Shown here: positions 48,050 to 49,406 of the stretch, in pieces
Numbering within the stretch: the stretch's first letter is position 1
Layout of the letters: every line of letters starts with the position of its first letter
DNA from: Candidatus Bathyarchaeota archaeon
GTDB lineage: Archaea; Thermoproteota; Bathyarchaeia; Bathyarchaeales; Bathycorpusculaceae
Reading direction: 5' to 3'
Assembly (NCBI GenBank): GCA_963772455.1
Contig: CAVYXJ010000019.1
Location: 1-49,406, forward strand
Length of the DNA stretch: 49,406 nucleotides
Program-made: the position numbers and the translations under genes
The notes under the pieces: model-generated
Told to the model about the DNA's origin: nothing
The model's database searches: none
Seen by the model: the letters and a program-made list of their open reading frames with translations, nothing else

Positions 48050-49406
48050 TTAATTTCCTATATCTCCCTCTATAACCATCTCATCATCGGTGATTCGAAC
48101 GCCGATAAATTCTATTGGAAGTTTAACTGGAATTAATCCTGCTTGAGCTGGAAGTATCGGAAATGGATCTTCAATTTCAAGTGGAGGCACTAATGTCGTT
48201 AAGAATCCGTTCAATGCAGTTAGAAGTGCATCAAAGACGCCTAAATCTGTAAGTGCATCAAGAAGCCATTCGCCTATGTCGTCTGGTATGTCGAGTGCAA
48301 AACGAATGAAGTCGTCAAGAGGTCCGAAGAGAAATTTGAAAACATCTTTTGCCCAATCCGGAAATCCGCTTAGAAGACCATCAATTGCTGCATCTACAAG
48401 GTTCTCAACTAAGTCTCCCACGGTATCGGCTATATCGATAATGTCAATGTCAAATGGTAGCGTAGGTACTATGACTATTTGCCATCGGTTAGGTAAGCCT
48501 GGGCTTGTTCCATAGAAGACTTGTATGCGTGCGGTGAAAGATATCTCTGAGGTTATCAAATTGCTAAGGTCTATTGGTAAACAGAAGTCTGGGTTGTCTT
48601 TAAAGAAGCAGTAAGAGGGGATATCTAAGGCGCAGCCATCGAAGGGAATAGGAATAATGCATCCGCCTGGTGTGCAGACTTTTGGGATATCGATGCATAA
48701 GTTAAGGTTAAGAGTATCCCATTTAATGTCTAATTCAGAGATTTTTATGGTGCCGTTGCTTCTTAAGTCAACCGATCCGCCTTCCAAATGAGCTTTGACA
48801 TCGTAACTAGCCCGAAAAAGGACCGAAACTACCGCTATCTGCGCAATGAAGACTAAACCCTTTTACCACTCCCGCAAAAATCTTTTCAAATGCTTTTTGA
48901 GAAATAGCAGCCTGAAGATCAAATGTTCCAGTTCTTATTCTAGATCGAGTAGTCCGAGTTATTGTTGGTCCGCCGCCTCCAGTGGGTAAACTGCAATCGA
49001 TGGGCTCTATACCTATGTTTAAATCTACTTCGTCAAGATTGATGAAAGCTTTAAGTTGATTTTGTTCAATTGCTGGATTGTTTGGAACAGTAGTTGATCC
49101 AGAGACCTTAAGTTTGCCCATATTATCTGGCAAGTCAATGAAGTTAAAAGCCAGATTAGAAATTGAAGATGCTAAAGGTGGAATTATTCCTTGGTTAAGT
49201 GTGAATAGTGCATAGCATTCAATGCTGTTTTAAAGCTTTGGGTTTTAAGTTAAGATTTCTATGCCATCTACTGAGGTAAGATAGTTTGGATTCCCTGCTG
49301 GACCTACTATTTTGTGCCTGCTGTAGTGAAGAGATCAAGGCAGAAGCATTCTAGCTTAGATGTGGGAACTACGACAACTTCTTTACCTGGAAAAGAGATT
49401 CCGCTT
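48050..49406 (-). pseudogene. Large acidic hypothetical protein, truncated by the window edge and broken by several frameshifts
   Basis: Removing one base at CCC 48811-48813 joins GPFS-ASYDVKAHLEGGSVD. The frame is open upstream of 49133 (NSIECYALFTLNQGIIPP), with about three more indels between 49230 and 49312. Confidence 0.65.

Noticed and set aside
48807-48809. TAG read-through joining ORFs 48807-49133 and 48050-48787
   Set aside because: The two ORFs are in different frames; a single extra base at 48811-48813 explains the break.

Overview
AT-rich (roughly 37% GC by eye) archaeal genomic DNA. The TFB gene, PDCD5-like protein, PEF-CTERM-type surface proteins, large PQQ-like beta-propeller protein and integrase style point to Candidatus Bathyarchaeia (inference). 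The window opens with the 3' end of a tRNA (probably Arg) facing a decayed tyrosine-integrase tail. Housekeeping and stress genes follow (S2P protease, MPG glycosylase, dodecin, SDR, TFB, Hsp20, FprA, USP), together with a solo Cas4-like nuclease, a surface CxxCH protein paired with a miniature heme lyase, a tusA-iscS-iscU-(hidden TRASH peptide)-dsrE operon, a frameshifted PAS histidine kinase and five toxin-antitoxin loci. The best candidate for an undescribed system is a two-gene RiPP-like locus at 38846-40585: an NHLP-clan-like precursor plus a radical SAM/SPASM enzyme with a C-terminal PqqD/RRE-like domain. Several single-base frameshifts, two tandem duplications and dense indels at the right end suggest residual long-read assembly error, so the pseudogene calls need a read-level check. 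All product calls come from motif recognition; no database search was run.
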